From contig NW_024704743.1 of NCBI RefSeq assembly GCF_018977255.1, positions 61,816,001-61,880,000 on the forward strand: 64,000 nucleotides of DNA, given 5' to 3'. Source of the stretch: Callorhinchus milii. Its lineage: Eukaryota. A model generated the notes under the pieces. That model saw only the letters and a list, made by a program, of their open reading frames with translations, made no database searches and was not told the DNA's origin. Within the stretch, counting starts at the first letter, position 1; every line of letters begins with the position of its first letter. Positions 14,518-27,609 of the stretch are shown piece by piece. The translations under genes were made by a program, and so were the position numbers.

Positions 14518-14673
14518 CTCTTTAAAAATGAATTTCTGATTCTCAGGCACAGGCTGATTATCCTTTCGGCAGAGGTACATTGTTAGGAAATCGGTGCCGA
14601 CATCCACTGCAGCACAGGCCTCAGGCTGGCGAGTATTATAACGGATTTCATTTTGTGAAGAGAATTCAAAGAA
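14518..14673 (-). CDS. galnt12: GALNT12 copy A exon 9 (lectin beta repeat)
   Basis: FFEFSSQNEIRYNTRQPEACAAVDVGTDFLTMYLCRKDNQPVPENQKFIFKE; 156 nt; AG/GTAAG. Confidence 0.94.
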
Positions 14674-16055
14674 CTGTAAAGCAGGAAAATGTGTGCAGTG
14701 TTCATTATAGAAATTCATAAAAAGACAAACAGAACATAACACCATCCATAAATTGACATTTATATAATGGCTTTCACATCAGGAGGACGTCCCAAGGCCC
14801 ATTGAGCCCAAGGCAGTATTGAGGGCAAATCTGTACTTTCTTCCCTGCCCAAGAACATTCTCCAAAAAGGACAATCAAAATCTACCCAGATCGTTTTCTC
14901 CCAACATGGACTAATTGAGCCAAATGGCCTGTTTCCGTGGATTATAATTCTGTCTAACTTTCATAACTAGATCGTAGCTTTTTGAAGTTATTTGAATATT
15001 ACAACAAAAACTTGCATTTATATAGTGCTCTTCAATCGGGGTAGCATCCCAAAGCACATGAACCATATTAAAGCATATTAAATTGAAGCATAGATATTTA
15101 CACCAAAGAGGTAGTTCAGCCCATGTTCTGGTTCTAGCCTTTTCTTCATACTCTTTTATATTTCTCCTTTTTAGATGCTTATCTAATTCTCACAAGTTTA
15201 GAACATTAGTCTCAGGCTGATCTTTGGCCTGAGGAGAGCTGGAAAGTAATGGTGAAGGACAGTACGTTTAATAATGCAATACTCCCGTAGCACTGATTGG
15301 ACGATGTAAGTTCAAGGTATCAACCTTCTGACTTGGAGATGGAAGTACTACCAACTGAATGAAGCTGACAGAAAGTACATTAGTATACACATACCTATTC
15401 AAGCCAAACCAGCAGAGATCTGGGTAAAGGCAGAAGGTGAATGGCACAGGCTCACAAGGAAAATAATAAATTGCTTTCATAAAACTAAATTATGGAAAGT
15501 ACATTTTAAATGTCTCTTCTAGGGCTACAATACATTTATTTTCACTGGGACAACTGAGTTTGGCAAAAAGGTTTGAGCATTTCCTTCATCCAGCTTTATG
15601 GATTACACAGCTATATCCATATATCCATATAGATATGTAATCTGTCTCAGATTATAGTTAGACTCTGTGCCCTCAAAAATACTGGATTTAAAACATGAGG
15701 TGATTATTCAATGGCAAAGTACAATTCATTCTCCGGGTTCCCCACACTGAGTTCTTCATCTCAGGCCTGATGCACCACATCTAGGTTAGCTGTTTGTTTC
15801 TACCATCTCATATATCAGTGGTGGCCAAACACTGGCACAAGGCAGCAGCCATGCCCACAGTAGTGGCACACAACACATTTCAAAAATAACTCCAATAACA
15901 ACAATTACTGGATCCAAAGTGGAAGTGATGTCATTGCCGTCCCCTTACGCCAACCACCAACAAGACTATAATGAAGGTCCTGCCTGTGCTAAAATAAATT
16001 TACCTAACAGAATCATCAAATTCCCAGGAGGATATTGGCAGAATAAACATCTCAC

Positions 16056-16169
16056 CTGATTTTGGCCCATACCATGACATTTAAACAAAATGACTTTATT
16101 TCCAGTCACATTTCGTTTACTTTGTGGCTTGTAATCAAAACAGTAGTTCTCCATCCCCCTGCTCTTCAT
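16056..16169 (-). CDS. galnt12: GALNT12 copy A exon 8 (ricin-type lectin alpha repeat)
   Basis: MKSRGMENYCFDYKPQSKRNVTGNKVILFKCHGMGQNQ; 114 nt; AG/GTGAG. Confidence 0.94.
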
Positions 16170-17544
16170 CTGAAAAAGGGAAAGAAACTGATAATGGATA
16201 ATAACAACAATCCTTGCATTTGATACAGCATTTAAAATGTCAAAATGTCTCAAAGTGTTTCCAGGGCATTGTTGTCAAGTGTAGTGACTATGTTGTAAAA
16301 AGCAGCAGCCAATTTGCACACAGCAGGGCCCCTTACTTCACAATGAAACATGACATTTTAGCCAACATCCTGAAAAGATAATTTCCAGCCATCAGTCTGA
16401 ATCGTATTTAGAGAAACTTGCACATCCTGTAACTAAGATGAAAATGCTGTCAATCCCAATAAATTGCCAGAATCACATAAAATGAACAGAAAATAAATGG
16501 GGCAGGGATTATTATAGAAGTGTAGAAATTTACAGCACAGAAGGCCATTCAGGCTGTGCCGACTCCCTCAAGAGCAATTCTTTCGGTTCTGCTTACCTGC
16601 CCCTTCCCCTCGAGCCAACCCTTTTTAAGGTACTTTCTGAAGGCCGAGATTAATTTTGTCTCAACTACCCCATTTTAGATCATAACTATTCTGTCCATGA
16701 AATTATTTCTCCTCACCTCCCCATTTTTCTCCATTATCTGATGGGCTGAAGATTTTATTTAGGAATGAACAGTTAATGTGATGCCTGCAAAAACAGAATT
16801 GAACAGTGACACTTAAATAACCCCATCCAAACCTGACAAAATGGAGAGGCTAAAGGTTCTAAATCAGTTGTTCTATTTCTTGGTCATGTTTTTGGTTCAA
16901 GTCCGCTATTCACATGTAAAATCCCTTCACTGTACAGGGCCTTGGCATGTCCTCCCGACATGAAAGGTGCTAAATAAATGCAATTTGGTGGTGGTGTAAA
17001 ATAATTTATAAACTGCTTCAACAACATGACACAACATTCTACATTCCAACTCCCTCTGTGTAAAGAAATGTTTTCTAACTTCCTATTTCATTATTTTTAT
17101 ACTTGTGTCCTCTTGTTAGTGACAAGAAATATACATTACCCAGTGGAAATATATATTACGATTTACCCCTCATAACCCTTTATAATCTCAACCACTATTA
17201 GGTCACCACTTAACAACTTACACTTGTCTAGCGCCCTTCACATCGGAAGGACATCCCAAGGCGCTAACCATTTTTATTCCAATGAAAACAGCTAAACCCC
17301 ACTCGTCTCTCAAAATAACTGAAACCCATCATTCCTGGGACTCCTAACCATAGTTGTTCTAGATTTCACTCTTTATTTCTGTATGTCATTCATCTTAACT
17401 GAACCTCAAAAGGAAAGCAGCCTATCCTCCCGAGAATTCGATGTTTCTGTTAGTTGAATTTATTTCAACACAAAACAGGACCTTCATTATAGTCCTGTAT
17501 CTATACAGGATGGGATAATGAGGCACTGTTAGATATGTATTTAC

Positions 17545-17676
17545 CATTCCAAAGAATCCTGGTCGATCCTCAGGCACATGGATATCTGGGTAAACATTCT
17601 CTAAGAACCACTTGAAGCTTTTACACCGCAGCTTCTCTCGTAATTTCTTTCGATCTGTCACGTCGCCATAAGGTAC
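17545..17676 (-). CDS. galnt12: GALNT12 copy A exon 7
   Basis: [44 protein letters not shown]; 132 nt; AG/GT. Confidence 0.95.
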
Positions 17677-18496
17677 CTATAAGCAGCCAGTATTGAAAGG
17701 TAAAAAGTAAATAAAAGAAACATTCCAAAGGGAAAATAATAATCCTTTTCATTTAATACAACTGCTTCTCACATTGTTGAAACATCTCAATGTGCTTTAC
17801 AGCAATTACTCTAAGTATAGCGACAATGTATTTTATAGGCAAATGTAGCAGCTATTTTGTGCCTATTTGACTTATAGACAATAGAGATAGATTCTCCAAC
17901 ATGTTCTGTGAGGAGAGCTGGAGTAATTCTATCTATATAGTGTCTATATAGGTGTCAGATCAGCAATGAGATTTAACGTTCCCCCTCACCACCACCCCAC
18001 CCCCACCATCTCATTGCAGCAAATAGATCACAGTACTAGTAGAAGTCTGTTTCTACTTCGACTATATTATTGAATATTATCCTGTAACTTGATCTTTGAA
18101 GATTTTCAAAATAAATACCCAGGGATACTGTTACAATAATATAATTATAATCCTTGGATTTGATATGATGCCTTCGGAATGTCTTAAGTGATTCAAAGGA
18201 TTAAGTATATTTGTGGGCAAATTCAGCAGTCGATTTGCACAATGTCCCACAAACAGCTATGGAGTACTCTATATGACTAATTTTATCTGGAGGATTGTTG
18301 GCTACAATCTAGAGACAAAACTGAAGGTTGGAGAAGGGGAATATCTGAAGGACAGCGTCTCAGAAAATGCAGCACAGCAGTGTAGTGTCAGTGTACATGA
18401 GTTCTGACCTGGGGTCACAATTTTGTGAATGACCGGCTATTCATACTGAGATACAGTACTATGCTATGTGCCAGATGTTGCAGAATGACTACCCAC

Positions 18497-18673
18497 CAAT
18501 CGAGCACGTGGATTCCTGTTAAAGTACAGTTCCTTATATTCATCCATCCAAACCATTACAGCACGAACGCGGTTAGCTGGGGCTTTGCTCCTGGAATAAG
18601 GAGCTTGTTTGGGAAAGACGTGGCCTACATGAGAACATGGAAGTACCTCCAAGATTCCCCCACACTGCCAAAT
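18497..18673 (-). CDS. galnt12: GALNT12 copy A exon 6
   Basis: IWQCGGILEVLPCSHVGHVFPKQAPYSRSKAPANRVRAVMVWMDEYKELYFNRNPRARL; 177 nt; AG/GT. Confidence 0.95.
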
Positions 18674-20271
18674 CTGAAAGAAAATGTCTTGCATGAAGAA
18701 CATGTACAAGTCAGACAGTCTACAATCAATGAATCAATACACTTACATCTAGAACAGAACAGTGAGTCCGGAGAAGATCAGAGGTTGGGAAGTGCGGGAA
18801 CATAAAGAGATTTGTTATTTGAGGATCTTGAAGTCGATCTGCTGGGAGAGAGGAAGACTGGCATCTAGCAAGGCGGGTCGGATGCACATGTGTGAGTAAA
18901 GATGCAGGCATCAAATGTTTAGAATGAGATTGGGCTTTGTGGATAGTCGAGCTGGGGAAGTCAGTAAAAAGGTTCAATTTACGAGTTAGAGTTACTCAGG
19001 GTGGCATTGAACTACTGGAATAACTCCTGGAATACACCATCAACAACAAAAGCAACTGCTTGCATTTAAATAGTGCCCTTCACATGGTATAATATGTCTG
19101 AGTCCCTCACGGGGATGGAGTTCAACATCAAATAAGGGGGAGGGGTAGGAGAGAGTGGTGGCCATGACCACATACAAAGAGGTTAAATTTGAGGAGGGAC
19201 AAAGAAAGAAGAAGGGCAAGACGGAGAGATACAGGGAGGGAGTTCCGAGGTTAGGCGCATAGGTGCTGAAGGCTCAGCACAATGGTGGCACAGAATGGGA
19301 TGGGGGTGAGCAGCGAACCTGAATTAACTGAGTGGAGAAGATAGACAGCGGAGGAGGGTAGGAGGAGATCAGAGAGTTAAGTGGGTTCAAGTGCAGAGAA
19401 AGTATGGAAGGACTACTCCAGCAAATACCCATTTATAGTTAGTAATTCTTGAAGCTTTCTGGATTTCTGGAATCGGCATGGAATACATATGTATGAACAA
19501 CAATAACTTGCATTGACATAGCGCCCTCATGCAGGGTAGTATCCCAGAGCGCTTTATCGCTATATCAGTATACACCCTCAATAAACCAGACAATTTAAAA
19601 GGTTCTGTGTACTGGAGTTTGGAGTTTCTTGAACTAGATACATTCACAAAATCCAACCAACATCATTATCATATTGTACACTCACTATTTAAACCTACAC
19701 TCTAATACTAACCAGTTTTTACTATTTTTCACCTGAAACCTATAGGTAATCGCACCTTAATGTTGATGATGGTTTGCAATGAAATGAAATCCTCAATGAA
19801 AGTTATTTATATAAAAAAATGGAACTGAAGTGAGAATAGTTGGCTCATGGTATCAGCAAATCCAGTTACTCTGATGTTACTTTCTTTTGTTGGCTGGTCA
19901 CAAGGTGAGGTATTTCAATTACATTTTTAATAGGAAATTTGTCTGTAGCGGCAATTTTTTAAAACTAAAACACAAGTCTCCAAATTTAATTTTGTTATGA
20001 ACTGGTAATTAAAAAAAAATTCTAAAAGAAGACTCCTCAGGATCTAATCTAAAAGTTACATAGGTAAAGCTCGAGTGATAATCAGTTCAGACAAACAGTT
20101 GAACTATGGGGTTTTTCCTAGAAATGAAATGTATTTTTTTACTACACAATTCTCATCCAAAGAATCAATTTAAAGCCATCCAGTCCCTTAAAATCTCCAC
20201 CCAGCTCTAAAGATTATCCTAAAATATATAATTCTGTGATCCTGCCTCTCAAGAATGAGATGAATACTTAC

Positions 20272-20389
20272 CCTGAAGGAGAATTCTAGGTTCTCGCCTC
20301 CCCACACCTCCATTCCAGTGTCATATGTCCCCAGATATTCAAAGTACTTTTTGCTGACAGCAAACAACCCTCCGGCCATGGTGGGTGAC
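20272..20389 (-). CDS. galnt12: GALNT12 copy A exon 5 (Gal/GalNAc-T motif)
   Basis: [39 protein letters not shown]; 118 nt; AG/GTAAGT. Confidence 0.96.
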
Positions 20390-20429
20390 CTGTTGAAACA
20401 TACTGCTTCAGCTTCCTGTCCAATATATG

Positions 20430-20866
20430 TCAGCCTGGTTTACTTGACAGCATCTCATCTCTGAGTCTGAAGGTTGTGGGTTCAAACCCCACATCAGGCC
20501 TTGGAATTCATATAGTCTAAGATAACACTACTAAGCAGTTTTGGAGGTGTGCTGCATTAATTGAGGTGCTGTCCTTTGGAAGAGATTTGAAACTGAGATT
20601 TGAAACCTGCCTGTTCAGGTGGATGGTAAAGATCCCTTGGCGTTATTCAAAAAAGAAGGGAGTTTTCCCAGTGTTCTAGCCAACTGTTTCCCCAAAAAAT
20701 TGGTCATTAATTTCACGGCTGTTTGTAGGATATTGTTGTGTGCAATTTGGCTACAGTGTTTGCCCGGGATATACACAGTCAACCCACTTTACAGTATATC
20801 CTATGAAGTGTTTGGTACACCCCCCAATGTGAAAGGCACTACACCATATACGAGGATTGTTATTAT
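20430..20866 (+). mobile_element. tRNA-derived DeuSINE-type SINE (family 1)
   Basis: tRNA head with GGTTCAAAC B-box, central GGTGCTGTCCTTTGG...GTTCAGGTGGATGGTAAAGATCCC domain, L2-like tail with (TTA)n. Confidence 0.75.
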
Positions 20867-22139
20867 TAATATTTGTTTTAAATTAATTTGGATCTTCATT
20901 ACATAAGCAAGATTCAGGAACTATCAATGTAACAAGAAATGTAAGTTTCACCAATACTTATATTTAAAGCTCCAATCTAGTGAATCTCGAGTCTGACTAC
21001 TCCCAAATGGCTAACTCTTGTTTGTTTGTTTTTTTGTTTTAGCGCTTTATGAGAAAATACTTGAACCAGCATCTCTATCCTTCAATATTAATCTCATTAG
21101 TTGGATTCTACTTACCTGCCAAGGATCTTCACTCTCAAATATATTTTATGAAAATGTAATATAAACATTATTAATGACTAGATGTAAAATTATGTGCAGC
21201 ATTAAATTATTGTCCTTATGATAAATAAACACTGAATTTGTATTATTCACAGCACTTGTAAAATAATTACTGGAACTAGCAATGAAATTGACAGTTGAAA
21301 ACAATTTATTTAAGTCTAATTACACAAGAATTTGTTTTCAATAAAAAGATTCTGAAAAGAAAAAAGAAATAAATGATCTATTTTATATAATTCAATAGAC
21401 ATTGAAACATTTTCACCAGCTCTTCGCAATTTGACTTTGAGGTCCAAAATCCCTCATGGTTTTAACAGTATTACCTTTACATTTAAACCAGTGCAAATTT
21501 TGGAAAATTATTAGATGTTAGTCTTAAGTCAGTTTTCTGCTATTGAAAACAAGTGAATGAATATATTGGAAATGGTTACATGCCACACATCTGCTAAAGT
21601 GCCTAAGAGCTGCCAATGGCAATAGAGATTGACGGTGGTGGTAAGTAAGCATCACAGCAACTGGAATGGATGGTAGCAGATGTGGAATGGGGCTGCAGCA
21701 TTGATTGTAAATTGTAACCATCTCCGAAGTGAGCCTCAATCTCTGGCAGTCCTCCAGAACTGTCAACTCAACTGTGGTTCACCCAGTGAGAGGGATATCT
21801 TGTCGTCTCGACATTATTAACACACACCTGATAATAATCCCTTAAGAAAAAAAAATTGGTACTTCAATCCATGACTGTTTGTGGGACGCTGCTGTGCGCA
21901 ATTGGCTGCCGCATTTCACCCACAAATATACAGTCAATTCACTTTACAGAATATTCTGTGAAGCGCTTTGAGACGTCTAGAAGATGTGAAAAGTGATATA
22001 TCAAATGCAAGGATTATTATTATTGTTATTATTATGTCTACAGCGTGTTCATACTCTCATTCCGTAACAACATTACCTTTCTAACAGATATCCAACAATA
22101 TGTATAATCCATATGGTTGGAGAATTACATTATACCTGG

Positions 22140-23545
22140 GTTTGTGGGGTAGGGTGAGGAAAAGCAGAGAGGTGGGAGGCAAGGATTTCGAGTGTGGTGG
22201 AGAGTGTGCTGTGGAGGAGAGTAAACGCAGAGGATGGGATGGGTTGGTGCGGGAGGTTAGCCAGAGGGGGAGGAGTTCAGAGTACTCCAGAGCAACGGAG
22301 AGGGATTGCGGGCAGATCTTCTTCCATGGGCGGTAGACGATAGTGGTAGGTTTGGAGGCAGTGGGGAGAGGGATATAGGAGTTGGTGGTCAGAGATGGCC
22401 TTGTCGGTGATGGTGACATCCGAGACGTTCAAGCCCCAGGTGATAACTAGGTCGAGCGGGTGACCATGGGTGTGGGTAGCAGAGTGGATGTGGAGGGAGA
22501 GGTTGAGAGAGGAGAGGAGAGGAGAGAGGAAAAATCTGAGGAGATGGAGCAAGAGGGGGTGAAGTGGAGGTTGAAGTCGCCTAGGAGATGAGGCGGTTGA
22601 AGCAGAGGCAGAGGAAAGCAAGGAAGGGGGAGATGTCAGAGATGAAGGTGGGAGAGGATTTGGGGGGGGCGGTAAATTAGGAGAATGTTTAGTGAGAGGT
22701 GGGAGGGATGGCAGAGGGTAAGGTGTTCAAAAGAGAGGAATGAGTCAGTGGAGTAGGGGGATAGGGCAAGTGATGCCCTGAAGATGAGGGCCACACCACC
22801 GCCACGACGGTTGTGGCGTGGGGATTGGTGGTAGGTATAACCGGGTGATGTGGCCTCAGTGAGGGGAAAGGTGTCACCTGAGGTGATCCAGCTTTCTGTG
22901 AGGGCCATAAAATCAATGTTCTCATCGAGGATGAGATCATTGACAGCCAGGTCTCATTGCAGATGGAGCGGACGTTTTGAAAGCCAATGCAGAGTGGATA
23001 GTTGGCAGGGGGATGTGTGAGATGGGAGAGGGTAGTGGATTGGGCAGGGAGGTTGGGAATGTGGATGAGGGAGGAGAGGTTAGTCCCCAGGGTCTGGGTC
23101 CGGGGTGGTTTGCGGCTGTAGTGGGGAATGGGGCAGTCGGTGTGGCTGCTGCTGGAGAGCCAGTGCCGAGTGCCACAATGAGCCCAGCGGAGGATTCCCA
23201 GCCTGGAGCAGAGGGAGGCAATGGGGGGATCAAGCAGAGATAGGAGGCGGGGAGGGCGGAGAGAGAGCAGGACAGAGCGGGAGAGTTGTAGGGAGGGGGG
23301 CATTTTGAGGGAGGGCCAGCTCAGGTCGGGGACGGCAGCCAAGATGCACATGCTGGGACGAGAGGTGGTGGATTAGTGGAACATTGTCAGCCTGCAGGAG
23401 GCTGTGGGAGCTAGAGGTGGCGCAGAGGAGGGTTAGCAATGAGCAGCCTGCAGGGGGAGGACAGGGGAGGGAGACAGACAGGATGAACCGCGACTGAAGG
23501 CGTGGATGAGGAGGAGGGTTTTGAGACGGGCCTTGAAGGAGGCAG
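22140..23545 (-). mobile_element. L2 LINE 5' part with AP-endonuclease remnant
   Basis: QNVRSI, MALTESW, RGGGVALIF, IYRPP, THTHGHPLDLVIT, ISDH motifs across frameshifts. Confidence 0.88.
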
Positions 23546-24461
23546 AAGATTACGACAAAACTCTAGAGAGTGTCAACTTGTTTGGTCTAGAACAGGTCAT
23601 TGTATATGCTGTGCAATATTCATTATTCATGATGGAATCTAGGCTCAGCTGTAAATAATGTGTATGAATGCTGATGCCAGCTTCGACTCTCATTAGACTT
23701 TTAGATTGTACCATGCCACCCAGCCTTTCAATTACTGAACCATTTTAACAGCAGTGCACATTGACCAGAAAGAACATTTAATAGAATCAATAATGACTTT
23801 AGCAACTGACAGTGCACACAGCAGGCGGAAACTGAAATCAATTATCCTGGCCACACATTCAGGAGTAACTTTTAACCCACATTCACACGGAGGGTAAGAG
23901 GGCCACCTTTCATTGGCTCAGCAAAGCAACTTATTTCGTTATGAATTTGTCCAAACTGCAGTTATCTCTAGAGAGTGTTAAAAAACGTTTTTACTCAAAT
24001 GAAACACCTTGTGTAAACTTGATTTTTCACCTCTGATTTCACTTACAACCCATTTTACAGTATTTAGTGTAATGCAAAGATATTGTGTGGCTTAAACTGT
24101 GCAATACAGAGGTATACTTGCAAATTATGAATTGACTGTCATAACCCAATACAGCACATGTATTGGATTATGTCAGGCAGTTTATAATTTGCACTGACAG
24201 GACCCTTTTCTGTTGCACAGGAATTGAAGATGTGTGATATAATGGTACAAATTTAAAAAATTGGAAGTACAACAAATGCAGATAAAAATTGTGTACATGG
24301 CAAGAGAAACATAGGTGGGAGGGAGTTACACCCCTGAACTCACATACAAATAAATTGCTCAAGTTCTACCCTTAAAGATTGCCCTATTGTATTACTGCCT
24401 TGTAGGGTTTTTCAACCCATTACTAAATACAGGGTGACCAAAAAGTTGTGATACCATTATC

Positions 24462-26412
24462 ACATACTGGACACTGGAGCGCAAATGGCAGAAATCCGGC
24501 CTCACGATTCACCGTCATCTGTGACTCAAGCACCTCCGCACCTACCGCCTCTCCCTTTCACAGGCCAACCCAACTTTTACTCCAAAGTCATCCTGAAGGC
24601 TAAAAACAACCCAACGACACTCTCTTCCACCATCCATCACCTCCTCCATGCACCTTCTAAAGCCTCCTCTATCCTCACACGTGGCTTCTTTGCCACAAAG
24701 ATTGAAAACATCCGCTTGGCTGCATTGCCCTCCCGCTCCATGTCTCCTTCCATCCCCCCAGACCATCCACACCACCTTCTCCCTCCATCACAGCTCCTGA
24801 CATTCCCTCCTCCTTACACTCCTTTGCCCCCATTTCTCCCTCCTCCCTCTCAACCACAATCGCCCACATGAAATTCACCACCTGCTGCCTCGACCCCCTC
24901 CCCACCCAGCTGCTGGTCACTCAACTCTCCCATCTCTCCCCCCTGTGAGCTGTCACGATCAACGAGTCTCTCTCTTCAGGCCCTCTTCCACTTCCCATGA
25001 AAACCACTGCTATCACACCCCTCCTCAAAAANCCCACCCTCGATCCCTCTAATTTCTCACAGTACCGTCCCATTTCCAACCTACCCTTCCTTGCTAAAGT
25101 CCTGGAACACATTGTTGCAGGTCAACTTCGGTCACACCTCTCCCTCCTCAAGCCCCTGCAGTCTGGTTTTCGCCCTGCCCGCAGCACAGAGACAGTGCTT
25201 GTCAAAGCTCCCTCTGCCTCCTCGTCCTTCTGGATCTCTCTGCTGCATTCAACACAGTCGACCACACCATCCTTCTCCACCGCCTCTCCTCCTTCATCCA
25301 CCGTAGTGGGACCGCACTCGCATGGTTCGAGTCCTACATAACCAACTGCATCAACTTCATCTCGACAAATGGTTTCTCTTCCCGCCCCCACCCGGTCCTT
25401 AGCCCTCTTCGTTTCCTAATCTATACTCTCCCTCTTAGTGATGTCATCCGCAGAAATGGGGTAAACTTCCACATGTATGCAGATTACACACAAAGCTACT
25501 CTGCCTCCTCCAGTATCGACTCCAGGTCCACTGATGTTCTATCAGCTTGTCTCACAGACATCAGGACCTGGATGAGTGAAAACTTCCTGCAGCTGAACAT
25601 GGACAAGACAGAAGCCATACTCCTTGGCTCCTGTCAACGTCTTCACACCTGCAGATCTGAACTCCTCAACCTCCTTGGGCTCTCCCTCAGACTCACCAAA
25701 CCAGTGCGCAATCCAGGCATCCGATTTGAGCCCCAGCTGTCCTTCCTCCCACACATCCAGTCACTGACCAGCACCGCCTTCTTCCACTTCCGCCACATTG
25801 CCCACCTCTGACTGTACCTTACCCCAAATACTGCCAAAACCCTCGTGCATGAATTTATCACCTCCCTCCAAGATTACTCAAACATATTCCTCACTGGTCT
25901 CCCCCGCTCCACTATTCAAAAAACTTCAGCTCATTCAGAACTCTGCTGCCTGCATACTTACCTGGACCAAACTCCGTATGCCCATCTCACCAGTTCTGGC
26001 CGGGGTCCACTAGTTCCCCATCTCCAAACGGATCGCCTTCAAGATCCTCACACTTGTGTTTAAATCCATTCACTCCCTGGCACCTCCCTACCTGTCCTCA
26101 CTCACCAATTCACCACAAGCGCCTCTGCTCAACTGGCTCCGGCCTCCTTCTCATCCCTTGCACCCTGGACTCCATCAATGGAGATTGCGCTTTCCGCCAC
26201 TATGCCCCAAAACTCTGGAACACTCTCCCTCAATCCCTCCACCTTGCCCCCTCCCTCTCCTTTTTCAAGTCGCACCTGAAAACCTTGCTTTTCGACCATG
26301 CTTAGTCACCTCCCCCACCCCCGGCTCGGACTCAGGCTCTGCCACTGTCAAGCGCGCGGAGACGCTACCCTGTGTGGAGGGCACTATATAAATGCTACAT
26401 AAGTTGTTGTTG
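24462..26412 (+). mobile_element. L2 LINE, about 2 kb of degraded ORF2 (RT) with 3' tail
   Basis: YRPISNLPFLAKVLE, QSGFRPARSTET, MYADYTQ, LWNTLPQSL; (TTG)n tail. Confidence 0.92.
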
Positions 26413-27609
26413 TATGTCTAATCAGTCTTAAAGAAATGATTTTAAATAAATGATGTACAGTCTGACAAAAGAACAACCTTAGTACTTTTGGGGATAAAGT
26501 ACAACATTATTGCTTCAGACCATGTAGAGGGCGATATTGATTAGTCTACAATCAAGACTAGTTACAAATTACAATCATTATTTCTAACAGCTAAATGTAC
26601 TCCTTGTGAAATTCTGTGCTCTCATCTTATTTTGGTCAGCTGGATGTCAGACACATTCAGGAGTCCATCACCATGCCATGAGCATCCAAAGCAGACAAAA
26701 TTCAATATGTTTGCCACTTGCACATGTAAATTTTCCTGTATCTGGAACTCTCCTCAGAGAGACACAAATTATGCCAGGAAGTATGAGGTGCGGGTTGACA
26801 AGAGACAAGGTTTAGAGATCCCAGAGTGTGCATTGGGATACTGTGGGAATTTAACCAGCTAAAACAAACACAAATTATATTTATATATTGCATTTAAGGT
26901 CAGGAAGACATCCCAACATCCCAACATCCATTGTGATTTCTGTCTGGAAAGCATCCGACTGCTTGTCCAGCTCAGACCACCCTCGCCATCAAAGCGTTGG
27001 CATTCAGAGTTAAATGGCCGAGTGGGAGGAATCCCTATTTTTAGTGACAAGGCTGCTCCTCCAAGTCTTGCCGGTGGGTCAAGCTGACTGGTCTGTCATC
27101 AACCCACAGTAACCAAACTCAGGGCTCAGAAACTGGTCAACCAAGATTACCACATAGGGTCAACTCGATTCCAACATTCTGCTGCCAGGATTTCTCAATG
27201 GAGCAGCTCAGCTTCAAAGGATGTAGGAGGATTGTCATTAGTAATAAAAAAAAACACAAAATAAAGCAAAATAAATAAATCACAAGCTACAACCAGACTT
27301 GAACATTCACTGTAAAGCAAAACAACCAATATATAAAATATATAGTGCAAGTCAAATGCAAGGATTATTATATACAGTAGTGCTCCATAATAAAACTCAA
27401 ACCCGCTTTAAAACGAAACATGATGGTGGTATTGATTGCGCAGACATGCAGTACACTAAAAGAAAAATGGCCAACTTCTGGATGATAGAGTCTCTCCCAA
27501 AATCACTTACTGTTTGCTGCACAAAATAGGAAATGCTGATGGTGGCAAACTAACGACCCAGAAATCAGCCATTGTGTCATAAGGGGTGCCCCGGCCCTAG
27601 AAACAGTGC

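Noticed and set aside
22140..26412. Opposite-orientation L2 endonuclease and RT pieces as one twin-primed 5'-inverted insertion
   Set aside because: They are roughly contiguous in ORF2, but about 0.9 kb of unrelated DNA separates them and the RT piece alone interrupts a MITE, favouring two independent insertions
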